Position numbers and translations under genes: made by a program
Notes under the pieces: generated by a model
Seen by the model: the letters and a program-made list of their open reading frames with translations, nothing else
Databases searched by the model: none
Told to the model about the DNA's origin: nothing
DNA from: Catajapyx aquilonaris
Taxonomy: Eukaryota
Assembly: GCA_000934665.2 (NCBI GenBank)
Contig: JYFJ02002688.1
Coordinates: 1-52,719 of the forward strand
Length of the DNA: 52,719 nucleotides
Reading direction: 5' to 3'
Part shown: piece by piece, positions 52,501 through 52,719 of the stretch
Position numbering within the stretch: position 1 is the stretch's first letter
Layout: each line of letters opens with the position of its first letter

Positions 52501-52719
52501 CACGATCCTCAAATGTTGAACTCCCCGCGCCCTTGATGGAGCTGACCTCAAAAACCGGGTAGAGATAGCCCTTGTCACAAATAAACCTCGAAGACGTCTA
52601 GCTATAGTAAATATCGGGGGCCTTAGTCAGATATTAACGGGGTTATTCCAGACCATGTAGGTCCTTAAACCCCGGGCCCCACATAGGGCCTATATCATCA
52701 CTCTAAGTCCCTTTCATCG

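Noticed and set aside
37600..52719. Numerous 60-170 aa ORFs in the track
   Set aside because: Low-complexity, homopolymer-derived (poly-F/K) translations with no recognisable domain or coherent exon chain.

Overview
Eukaryotic (arthropod-like, probably hexapod) genomic DNA with short (~57-77 nt) GT-AG introns. Three genes are recognisable: a 3-coding-exon nanos gene (+, 14852-16081, intact tandem CCHC zinc fingers), an [Arg7]-corazonin neuropeptide precursor (-, 27415-26973), and the 12-codon first coding exon of lateral signaling target 2 / ZFYVE28 (+, 37543-37578), whose first intron apparently fills the rest of the window. The region upstream of nanos is a patchwork of local duplications, including an inverted copy of the nanos promoter/5'UTR and a duplicated CRE/ETS block. 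Further left is a decayed multi-exon gene built from repeated exon-intron modules. Between nanos and corazonin lie a putative spliced minus-strand non-coding unit converging on the nanos 3'UTR, two mariner transposase remnants, several MITEs and long perfect palindromes. One 360-bp duplication at an 'n' is probably an assembly artefact. No prokaryotic features, tRNA/rRNA or CRISPR arrays were seen. All alignments were done by eye.
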